The notes under the pieces are model-generated. The model did no database searches and was not told where the DNA came from. It saw only the letters and a list, made by a program, of their open reading frames with translations. Shown here piece by piece: positions 1 through 13,573 of a stretch of 64,000 nucleotides of DNA. Source of the stretch: Adineta vaga (lineage: Eukaryota; Animalia; Rotifera). The stretch spans positions 8,928,001 to 8,992,000 of the forward strand of contig CP075492.1 in assembly GCA_021613535.1 (NCBI GenBank), read 5' to 3'. Position numbers and translations under genes: made by a program. Every line of letters starts with the position of its first letter. Position 1 is the first letter of the stretch.

Positions 1-1030
1 TATCATTAAGCACAGATACTTTCTCCTTCGTTTTCTTTCTTTCTTACAAATATAGATGTGTATGTGTGTGTGTGTGTCTACTTGACAGTTTTATTTTTAT
101 TTACCTGTTAATTTTACACAGCTTACTAATATGTAAGAGATATTATCTTGATGTGGAAAAAAACGAACATATTCGATACTCACCTTTTAATTTTCTTTTC
201 TTAAATGAATAAAGAATGTTTTCAAGGCAACAGCTGTACATTACCATTAACGCTTTCTCTCTCCCTCTCCCTCTCTCTTCTAAAGTAACAACATGAATAG
301 CTGATGTTAGATTCTCAATCTTTTCTTTTTTCCTTACATATTATATATCAATACATTCAAGTAACTAAACAAACCTGTTTTCTGTATGTCGAATGCGTTG
401 TTGACTGAGAATAATCATCATGGATAGCAGCGACGACCTCGAAATGTCCGTGTCTGTTTTACTGATAATCGTAACGATGATAGAATGAAGCAAAGAATAG
501 TAGTAGTTGTTGCCTATAAAACATGACTCATCATACATGAAATTCTAATACTGATATTATTTTATACAGTCAGAATGCTTCTCATTTGCAGAACAAGTTA
601 AACGAAAGAGGAGAAGAGAATAAGAATAAGAACGCTAAGTCAAAGAACAGCTATTTATCTAAAACAAAAGAAGAATAACATGTATGCAATACATGTTTAT
701 CAGTAGATAAGAAACAAGGTACTAATATATTAAATTCGAATGGTGTTTTTCGAAAGATATATGATATATATACGTTAATCGGTTGAAAAGCTAAAACAAA
801 GTCACTCGATAGATCTGGAATTTGAGATTAATCATTGTAATAAAATATAAACAAGAATATTCATTACATACAAATATGTGTTTTTTATTGATGCTTCTAC
901 TTTTCAATGAATTCATAAAAAGACAGACAAATCAACATTCGTATGAAAAACTGGTAATACTCAAATGAACAAACTAATGTATACAGATCGCGAGAATAAA
1001 ATAATTATATTTTCTCTTCAGTCATTCAGT

Positions 1031-1264
1031 TCATTGATGTTGAGCTAAATGTTCATAACCTTGTCCAGTTCGCATTGGTTGACCACCTGAACCACCTGAT
1101 GAACCAAATTTTTCAATACCAGTTTCTTCATGACCACTCGATTTTGGTACATTTTGTGTACTCGCTGTTTTTGAATGTGTGTCGTCATCACCGGAAGAAG
1201 CTGGTTTACTTGTATCTAAATCTGTATTTGCTTCAGTTGAAGGTTGCGAATTTTTATCCGACAT
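1031..1264 (-). CDS. Small (77 aa) hydrophilic Ser/Thr/Gly-rich protein, probably disordered; function unknown
   Basis: Intronless ORF MSDKNSQPSTEANT...GSSGGSGGQPMRTGQGYEHLAQHQ*, ATG at 1264. More GC-rich and coding-like than its flanks. No hydrophobic segment. Confidence 0.6.
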   Translation of the reverse strand: MSDKNSQPSTEANTDLDTSKPASSGDDDTHSKTASTQNVPKSSGHEETGIEKFGSSGGSGGQPMRTGQGYEHLAQHQ

Positions 1265-1604
1265 TATTCGTTTTCTTTTCAATTTCTAAATAAGTAATTT
1301 GATAAAATGAATTACGAAGTAAATCAAGATACTTTTACTTTTACTTTTACGTCTTAATCTATTATCCAATACAATAACTGGTACTTGGTAGCCTCCTCTT
1401 TACGTACCAACACAAGGGCGACAGTAACCAATCACAAAACAATCAACAGCTGTGATGATGATGATGATGATGATCTTTTTACAAGTAATCAAAACGTATA
1501 TTTTGAGTAGATAGATAGGTTTCATATTTATTCTACATATGAAAACTAGTAGTTTGTACATTGCTTTTTTTCTCAATAATGTATACAAAAAAAAACGAAA
1601 GAAA

Positions 1605-2828
1605 CTACCAAAACAATTCTACTGGATGTTCATCAACATAAACATCTTCGTCTTCATGTTTTCTATCGCTTCCTCCACCTCGATAGAAAAACATCCCAAT
1701 TAAAATAATTGGCAGAGCACCAATACTAAAACCAATATCCCAAGCATCCATTGCTCCAACACCAGCCCATTTATTAATTGATGGAAAAATAAACCAAAAT
1801 GATGTTGCTAATAATGGAGAAATCGACGATAATATTGACAGCCAATTAGCAGAGACATGATCTGTTAGAAATGTGCCAGTTATGTATGTTGCTAAATATG
1901 ATACAATAAATAAAACTCCTGTAGCTCCAGCATAAATACAACGACCACCACTGAGACTACTATCATTGAAAAAACATTTGAATCCATTCGAAAATGAACT
2001 CCAAAATGAACCAATATCTTTCGATGTACCAAAACCTGGCACTAAATCAAGTGCAAAACATAATGCTATTGTACCAAATTGAAATGTAGATTCAATTGCT
2101 TGAAAATACATAACTGAAAATCGAGTAATTTTCTCTTGATTTTCTCGTGCTTGTTGAGTAAATTTGATTTGTAATTGTTCTTGAATAATATTCATTAATG
2201 CACCAGGTACACAACCTAATATGAATATAAATGGCCAATACCAGCCATCTTTCAATTCCGTTTGTGCCGTTCCATCATGCATACGTTTAAATGTTGGAAT
2301 TAAACTAAATGCAACACCGACAAGAACGAGACAGACACTTAAAATATGTCGCCAATGATATTTTTTTGGAAGAAGAATTTTCGAAAAAATAAATGTAAAT
2401 GGAATGATTGATTGAACAAGAATGGATGATAGTGCTGGTGGAACACGACTACCATGAGAACTGAATACAATTAGAAAACCATTTGCTGCATCAAAAACAC
2501 CAACTAAAAGCATATATTTTATCCATCGAAGTGATAACATAGACGGAGTTATTTGTCCTTTATAATAAAACCATACTGCCATAATAGAGAAGATGATTGT
2601 AAACGAAAGTGAACAAAAGAAAAGAACAAAATAAACTCCTGTAAGTCCATTGAAACTGCCAAGAAATAAAACTAAACCAATTGATTGACCACTAGCAAAT
2701 AGAACATTGAGAATGGACAACAAAATAGCGACGACAGTAAATCTTATGAACCATTTACGGCCAATTGTAAAACCTGGATGTGTTTGTTTTTTAGCAGACA
2801 GAAGAAGAGTACGTTCGTCGTTAATCAT
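1605..2828 (-). CDS. CRT-like (chloroquine resistance transporter-like / CLT) drug-metabolite transporter superfamily protein, intronless
   Basis: 407 aa uninterrupted ORF with about 10 hydrophobic segments. The segment GVFDAANGFLIVF...LSSILVQSIIPFTFIFSKILLPKKYHWRHILSVCLVLVGV and the late Cys-containing loop (GFKCFF...GGRC) resemble CRT-family proteins. Confidence 0.8.
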   Translation of the reverse strand: MINDERTLLLSAKKQTHPGFTIGRKWFIRFTVVAILLSILNVLFASGQSIGLVLFLGSFNGLTGVYFVLFFCSLSFTIIFSIMAVWFYYKGQITPSMLSLRWIKYMLLVGVFDAANGFLIVFSSHGSRVPPALSSILVQSIIPFTFIFSKILLPKKYHWRHILSVCLVLVGVAFSLIPTFKRMHDGTAQTELKDGWYWPFIFILGCVPGALMNIIQEQLQIKFTQQARENQEKITRFSVMYFQAIESTFQFGTIALCFALDLVPGFGTSKDIGSFWSSFSNGFKCFFNDSSLSGGRCIYAGATGVLFIVSYLATYITGTFLTDHVSANWLSILSSISPLLATSFWFIFPSINKWAGVGAMDAWDIGFSIGALPIILIGMFFYRGGGSDRKHEDEDVYVDEHPVELFW

Positions 2829-3330
2829 TTTTTAATAATGAAAATTTACACTGAATTCCACTATTTATTCAACAAAATATTGTCAAGTCATAGCGAGATT
2901 TTATCAGATCTATCACTTTCGACACTTCATGACATCAAACGAAATTTTTGTTTAGTCATAATGATACTAGTTAAATTTCATTTTGTTTGTGTCCTATATC
3001 GTTTTATCTACCTGTTGATTTATTTTTAGATTTTAGATCGAAACAGGTGCAATGTTGACAGATCATAGTGCGTCAGAATGGTAAGAAAGACAGTGAAAAC
3101 AATCTAAGTAAGAAATTTATCTATATAAGAAAGGAGATGCAAACAAATAAAATTTCTAGTTTTATTCTTTAGTCTTGATTAAATATGTCAAGAATGATAA
3201 GCTGCTTAAACATCACCTGAATGACAGTTAAAATAAAAACAATAACAAAAAACAAAAAACAAAAATAATATGCACAATGATCACTGTACATTGATATCGT
3301 ACTGCTGGAGTAATGTAAATTAATAAACAT

Positions 3331-5373
<2,043 letters not shown>

Positions 5374-5660
5374 GATGGATTAATTTCAAAAGAAAAATTC
5401 GTCTCTAAAAAACGAACGTAAGCAATCTTGTGAAAGAAATGAATATAACACTCAACATCATCCATAGTTTTTTTTCTAACGACTACAAACGACCAATTCT
5501 AAGACATCAGTACGAAAGAGTGCGCTAGTTTGTTATTTTTCTTAATGTCGAATTTGTCGTGTGTATCGGTAAGATTTATATAATTTAATACTGAAATAAA
5601 ACTGTTATTTATTATCAACGATTGCAAGAGAGAAAAAAGAAATTCTAAAAAGTAACAAGA

Positions 5661-7953
5661 CTAAGATATTCTATGTGAGTAAGAAAGTTGAATTGAATTT
5701 ATGAATGGTTGTTGTTGTATAATTAAATCATCTTGTTGTAGATTATGTTTCATAAATAAATTCGTTCTATTACAATTATTTAACATACAATAGAATGCTG
5801 ATATTAATTCATTTTTTTCTATAGAAAGAAGATTTTTATCCATTAGATTAACACATAAGGATGAAAATGTTATTGGTAATGTTGTTGATGATTTCGTACA
5901 TTCAATTTTGTATTCATCGATTAATTGATATTGAAGTTTTTTTGTATCAATTTTTGCAAAATTTCGATCACATTCGATACGATCATAATGTACTGGACGA
6001 ATAAAATCATAGTCAAGAGGATGACCATCATCATAATTTGGAATATCATGTTCATCATAGATTGGATCTTCATTAGAACTATCCCATAGATTTTGTGTTT
6101 TATCATCAAAAATCCATTCCGAAAAATTATTTGAACGTTTAAGATCCAGTAATGGACATGATCGACCTGTTAATCTTAATTGATTTGTATGCTTTGGAAT
6201 AGTTAGAAGAATCGTTTGTTGTTTTCGTTTTTTAATTATTGATTTGCTCAATGAATTAAGACTCATAATATCAGTTAACGATCGTTTACCTTCCAAATTG
6301 AAGAAGTTTAATTTAAAATTTCGTATCGATTTGTATGATGAATGTGAATGTACATTTGCCAAACGATTTTGTATGGTTGATGTATTTTCACGAATTGGAA
6401 ATGATGCTTTAATAATATCGGGAAGAAGATTCGTATACTTCCAAACATATGGTCCAGCAAATAATTTCAATTTAGTTGCATCGAAATAAGTGTAATCAGA
6501 TAGATCAGTCTATAGAAAAGAATGTATTCTTTCGAATTTGTCAAAGAAAATCAAACAAACTTTTTCACGAAGTAAATTTGGTGCATGATCTACGAACGAC
6601 ATTTTATTCGGTAATAATGTTATATCCATTGATGGCATTGTTATTGGACACGTCTAAATGATACTTCACAATATCGATCAATTATCGAAAGAAAAGTTTA
6701 TTTATTTACATAGGTAGATTGTAATTCTTGACCATAAAAACTAGTTGGTTCATCACGTAAATCACTGAGGAGAAGGTTATGATCATCTTCCATATTTATA
6801 CTATCAACTATTGAACATTCATCTATAGTTTCAATATAAGATACAGTTGGTTCTTCATTAAATGTAAAATCTCTCAATATTTGAGATCCTATGCATGAAA
6901 AATGTTCTATTCATTTATCATTCAAATACAATTGGCTACTTACCAAGAATATGATTTTCTTCTTCATTATCTTTAATAACTTCTCTCAATGGAAGTAAAT
7001 CACATAGAAATCGAACTGTTCCATCAAGTATATTTTCATGATCAGCATATTCCATATTCATTCGACTATTTAAATCAATAAAACCTTTAATCAATGGGAA
7101 ATCACTTGATGAATACATTGTATATGAAACCATATCAGCATAAATCGATTCGGAACCGATACCACCTGGCCATCGACACATATTCGATGGTTGTAATGGA
7201 TGAAAATCGAATTCATATGGAAGTGATATCGTTGTTAAATCTGAGACAATGTATGAATTAGATTTAGATTTAGATTGTTGAACAGATTTCTTTGTTATTT
7301 TCGAATCTTTCCGAATTAATTCATCTATGTCGTCTTCATCTAGAGGATGAATACTTCCACTCAATTTTTGTGTTTCATGATGTAATGCATCAACACGTAA
7401 ACTGTAAATTTTCGCACTAGAAACAGAATGAAAGAAAAATTGATCAGTATTGTTTATATAAAGTATCTTGTTGTTTTTTTTATAACCTTGTATCAATAAG
7501 AGATCCAACTTTAACAAAATTTGGTTCATGATGATTTTCATGAGAATTGATTCTATCATCGAATGCAATGAGATTTAAAACTTCAGGTAATCGTTCGACT
7601 AATGGAATTTGAAAAGCATTTTTTATGTTAATCTTATTTTTAGCTGCTAATTCAATGGATTTTTCATAGAGAGCAATTAGTTGTTTAGGTGTAGAAAGAT
7701 GTTCATCAATACCACTATCAATACTAATCGAATTATTGAATGATAGACATGATTGTCGTCGATCACAAGATGATGTTTCATCGTCCGATAAGAAATGATT
7801 CGTAGTTAATGAATGTCGATCAATTAATGAACTAAATATCACGAAATTTACTTTTTACAAAACAAAAAAAAATAACGAAGAAAATAATGATTACCGTCGA
7901 GGGATGGGTAAACATGTCTCATCATCGTCATCGTCGTCGTCGTCACAGATCAT
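5661..7953 (-). CDS. ncaph: Condensin complex subunit 2 (CAP-H/Barren kleisin), divergent, multi-exon
   Basis: N-terminal kleisin motifs AAKNKINIKNAF and NFVKVGSLIDTSAKIYSLRVDALH, central YTYFD...FAGPYVWKY, and C-terminal FAKIDTKKLQ plus a winged-helix-like tail. GT-AG introns splice in frame from ATG 7953. Confidence 0.8.
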
Positions 7954-8677
7954 TTTCTTTCTGAATCATAGCTGTCTTTTTTTTTATCATTCTATGAAAA
8001 TAAAATACAGCGCTATCTTCAATGTTAATTTAAACTAACTTCGATAAATGGATTATTCATTCGTTCTTTGATATAACTATCGCACTATGTCACTATTTGT
8101 TTCTATAAAGAAAAACAATGTCTATCATCTGCTCTACTTTATGGTCCCAGATTCTTTCCTACAACTTCTTCCTATTTAAAGACCAATAAAATAAACACTT
8201 ATGTTGTATTCTAGTGACTACATAGTAGATTCCTGTGGATTCGATTTTTTTATTCCGAAATCCAAATATTTCTACGAGAAAACATTCAATTAGTATATGT
8301 AAAGATGCTTTGATGTTGTGCATTTTCAAATATAGTTAACAGCATTTTTTTTGTTGTTCAAAACTGTGAAGCTTGTCAATTCTTCTTCAAACAAAACTGT
8401 AAGAGATAGAAATTTTCTCCTATTGGATAAAACGTTGTTCTTTTTATTCATTGGTGCAAATAAATTAAACAGTATTTATTTTTCATTGCATATTTGAATA
8501 ACAATCTTTTCTCTTTCTCCTTCTCTCTCTCACTCTCTTCTCTTCTCTTCTTATGCACTCTATTAGCTGCTCAGAAAAGCACATAGTCAATTACGCGTTC
8601 ATATCGTTTTATTGACAAGACATTCGATAATCTTCTTCTACTGTGTATTTCTTTATTTTACAAAGCAATTCAATAAG

Positions 8678-11071
8678 ATGTGTAAGTATAAAAGTTTGCT
8701 TATATTTCTATATCATATCCTACAGATAGATCAATGATTTTCTTTTTTCTTGAGAAGAATAGCGATCATTTGAATTAGAACCGTATCATATATTCTTCAA
8801 TGTTTCATTTTGACTAAATCTTATCTGATGATCCGCGTATTTATCGAAAATATCACATCATAAAGAATGGTGGTGAATTTCGCACGACGAAAGAAATATC
8901 TTATCACACGAAAGCATATAAGTGTTGTTCTATTTTGTCAAAAGCATTAAGAAAAACATGTCTGCGACGTTTGCTGTATGTATACATATCGATAATTGTT
9001 ATTACATTCCGCATTTGAAAAAAAGTGACATAATTGTTGTTGAAAGATCGTATTAAGACACCGATACATACGAAAGGATCATCTTCACTTGACTTTTTTT
9101 GTTTTCTCATTTTAATGGATCAAAAACAGAGATGTGTTCACGATTATCAGCTTGCTCAAAACGATGAGCTTGAAATAGTTGATGTCAGATTTAATATGAT
9201 GATGTAATTCAAAGAAATAAAAGCTGTGAAATGATGCGGTATCTTAAAAGTAAATTAGAAATGATCAGCAGGTGTTATTTATGTAATAGAAAATTTGTCA
9301 CCTTGTGAGAACATAATCGAATGATGACAATAAGGTTTGTGCCACTTCAATTAGGTCAATTAAGAATATTTGCTATCGACATTTATCCTGCTAGTTTTAT
9401 TCAGAGATCAACATATTTCTTACATTCTATTGAAATTTAGATAACGTAACGTCTTTAATGTCAACATCTCCATCAACGAGTCATCGTCGACATGTATCTA
9501 TTTGTTCGGTATGTGGCGATAAAGCAAGTGGAAAACATTATGGAGTGATGAGTTGTGATGGTTGTCGTGGATTTTTTAAACGAAGTGTTCGGTAATTTAT
9601 TTGTATGTATAGAAATTTGTATGTCTCTTTTTATTTTGTTAGACGAAAAATTGAATATAAATGTAAAGGTGATTCAACTTGTCAAGTCGATGTCAATCGA
9701 CGAAATCAATGTCAAGCATGTCGATTTCAACGTTGTTTGGCAATGAAAATGAAACCTAGTGGTGAGAATTATTGACATCTGTATGAATGAATCGATGTAG
9801 AGTTATTTACTCATCATCATACTTAAGCAGAAAAAAGCTTTTTTTTGTTGAAGTATATTTAATAGTAATCAAAAACGTGCTTCTATTCTAGCTGTCCAAA
9901 ATGAACGAGCACCACGTCATGGAAATAAACGAACATTGCCTGTTTCTACAATCGCTCCGCCTTCTTCTCGTTCTTTTCCATTTCCTCGAATGCAGTGTTG
10001 GACACCACCAACATCTGCAGGGTATGTAAGTGAGTCACCACAAGTGACCATGCCATTTGGCTTTCGAAATTTACCCATGAATAAGTAAGTAAACTTTATT
10101 TTTGTTGTTGTTGTTGTTGTGATTATTGGATATCGGTAAGAATGTATTTCTATTAAAAAATTTGTTTATTATCAAGAATAAATCAACTAATTCATCTTTC
10201 TATCTATATAGTACTTCATCACCTATATGGTCTCGTATGATATTTCAACGACAACAATTACATTCATCTTTAAATTCAACACAACAAACCATTTCCGATT
10301 CTTCACATACAGATGAAACACACTCATCACTTGGTATAGTCTTTTAATTGAATTAAAACGATTAAAGATCGTGATCTTTTTTTAGATATATCCAATGAAG
10401 AAATTATCTGTGAAACTGCTTCTTTTATTTTACTTGAATCAATTCGATGGTTATATTCTGTACCTTCATTCAAAGATCTAAAAGAATCGGATCAATTTTC
10501 TTTGATTGAACAATCTTGGTCAATACTTTTTCTTCTAACATCCGCCGAAATGAAGAAATTTATTGATCAAAGTAAGTAGACAAACACATCATTTTTTAGT
10601 TTTATTATATATGTACGTATGTTTTACTATTCCAGATGAAATTGATTCATTCGATGATGATAATCAATATCTATTATTTCAATCTATAATTAAAGATTTA
10701 ATATCACATTCAATTGATCAAACAGAATATGCATTATTAAAATTATTCATTGTTTTTAATTCTCGTAAGTGTACAGATTTGTTTTGATATAAATATAAAT
10801 GAAATCTTTATCTATAGCGATAAATGAAGACTTACATGATCAATTGGCTATTGATAAATATCGAAAAGATGCTCTAATTATGTTAAATGAATACAATAGA
10901 AATTCGAAATATCGACGTTTAGCTGAACTTCTCTCGATTTTATCAAAAATTCAAGAAATCATGCCAACAATTTCCTTGGAGAAAATCTTCTTTCGACATT
11001 TAATTCATCGAATATCCATGCAGAACTTATTGCATAATATTATTCAACATCTTCCAACACTATGTCGTTGA
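8678..11071 (+). CDS. Nuclear receptor, NR2E subfamily (tailless/PNR-like, NR2E6-type P-box)
   Basis: [33 protein letters not shown]...[13 protein letters not shown]...[12 protein letters not shown] has PSFKDL..DQ..L...W and C-terminal LEKIFF. A 4-nt first coding segment (ATGT at 8678-8681, then gtaagt) splices in frame to the exon at 9441; alternative start at 9458. Confidence 0.88.
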
Positions 11072-11618
11072 AGAACAACCATCGATATGGAGACTTTTCA
11101 TGCATGATACTATTTTTTTTAAAAATGAAGTCCGAATTGTACCATTTATTTTTGCTTTTGTCAAATAAATTCTCTTGCATTCTGTTTATATAAAAACACG
11201 GGCCTTTTTTATTTTTCAACTATGCTTTGAGTAAATGTACAGATAATTAATACGGAGTATTGAGTTTACTTTTTTACTTCTTTCTATAATTATTTGATTT
11301 ACATGGGTTGATAAAATTCAATTTATTTTATTATTGATCAATGGAAATTTCGAATGAAACAATATAATCTTATATTCAATAATTAATTGAATAATCATAT
11401 AGAAGACATTGTTTTATATAGATCATTCTGTTTATTGAAAGTTACTTAATTGCCTAGAAGAAAAAAGTACAACAACTATGGCCTATTTTTTTGTACGAAA
11501 ATCAAAGTCTTCATGTCATAATTGAATCGTCACGAGAGAAAAAGAAACTTCTTTCTTTTCAGCCTTACATATATATATATATATGTCTGTACACTCATTC
11601 ACAATCAAATGGAGAAAA

Positions 11619-13573
11619 ATGAAACAACTTTTCTTAATTTTACTCTTTGTTCACTCTGTTTTGAGTAATCATTTCCGTGGAGGAATGATTAGTTGGCGAC
11701 CATTAACAAATGCAAAATCTGTAATAGGTACTAAAAGCACAATTCTTGTCGAACAAAGATATGCATGGTCTCGAAGTGCTGCACCAAGTTCATGTACAAG
11801 TACAACAATTACAACGTATGGTTTAATTGGAGAAACTGTAGTATCTGTACTAGACTGTAAATCAACATTAGCTACATGTAATAGTGTAGGATATTCGGAT
11901 ATATCTACATTTGTTCCTTGTACTGATTATAATACAATGTTGGGGATGTCTTTTGGTCATAGTGTGACAGCAGTGAATCTAACTGTTAAAACAACAGGTG
12001 TTGTTATTGGATATGTAGTTACGGGTGCATGGCTTACATTACAATTGGGTAGTGGTGGTTGGAGTATGATGACATATATTAATATGCAACCACGTTCAGA
12101 TAATCAATTAATCAATAGTTCACCTACATCAAATTTACCACCAATTGTTTATGTACCTGCTAGTTCAAATCAAACAATCGAAATTGATATTCCCATGAGT
12201 GATGCTGATGGTGATGATGTGGAATGTCGTTTTGCAAAAGCCTCAAATAATCTAGGTGGAGTAAATGTGAATGAATGTTTAGATGTTTGTAAATCACAAG
12301 CATTACCTGCATCAACACAGCTAATAACTGGTAATAATACATGTAAACTTATTGTTAAATTACCGTCGATTGGTTATTATGCAGTTGCTATTCAAATTGA
12401 AGATTTTCTTGTTAATACATCAACATTATTGAGTTCTGTTCCTTTACAATTTCTTATTCTTACTTACGATGCATCAAATCCGACGTCAACTTGTACAATC
12501 AAACCTATTATAACAAGTATTCCACCTGATTTCCCAGCACCAGATGGTACAATTACTATTCAAGTCGGTGTTCTCTATCGAGCAATGGTCATTGCAGAAA
12601 TTGGTTGTGAAAATGATACAGATACAAGTATTACAAATTTTATAACAACTAGTCCACCAGGAATGTTAAAAACTAATCTTCCATTCAGTCTTGGATCGGC
12701 TGGATACGCAGTTAATCTTACATGGACGCCAACTATTGATCAACTTGGTCAAACATATACATTTTGCGCTACAGCTGTTGATGGTAATTATTATTCCTCG
12801 GATCAATATTGTTTTAATATCTATGTTGGGCCGAAAACTACGACAACAACGACGACTACATCGACATCGACACTTCCACATCCAGCACAACATCATCTAC
12901 TTCCACTTCAACAACTTCTACTACTACTACTACTACAACGTCAGCAACAACAACTACAACTTCATCAACAACTACAACTAGTAATTTTATTCATGTGGTT
13001 CTCTAGAAAATCATTTTTCGTTTGTTTCTTCTAGCAACAACAACTCCACCTTACAATCCTATTTCATTAGGTCTTGGTTTAGGTCTTGGCCTTGGATTAC
13101 CTCTCTTACTTTTACTTGGCCTTCTAGCATTAACTTATCTATGCCGATGGTGTCCAAGTCCTTTACGGTCAGTTACATATATATCTTTCATTAAAAAAAT
13201 ATTTCCTACAAATCTTTGATCTAGTTCACTGATTCGATATCGATATGGAGATCGCGAAGATATGTATTGTTTAAATTGTAGACGATCTGTTCATTTTAAA
13301 GATCCTAGTGAATCAAATGATTTAAAATGTCCAACTTCAGACGGCACACATCGATACAAACAATTATATTTAAACAATAATGAAAAATCAATACCAAGTC
13401 AATATCATGAACTATATGTAAAACCAAATGCTTCTCAATCATCAAATCGACCGACTACCGCTTTTTCTGATAGTGAATCTTTCTTGTTAAATGATTCATT
13501 TTTTTCAAGATCAACAACTTCATTGAGTGGCACGAAAACCACAACGTCATATCCTTACTTTCACCTTCGATAA
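11619..13573 (+). CDS. Type I membrane protein: signal peptide, HFRGG(M)ISW N-terminal domain, Cys-containing beta-rich ectodomain, Thr/Ser stalk, TM helix; apparent frameshift in the stalk
   Basis: MKQLFLILLFVHSVLS-NHFRGGMISWRP..., a D(A)DGDDVECRFA motif, and TM LGLGLGLGLGLPLLLLLGLLALTYL in the exon from 13035. A continuous frame needs a shift near 12870. Confidence 0.7.
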
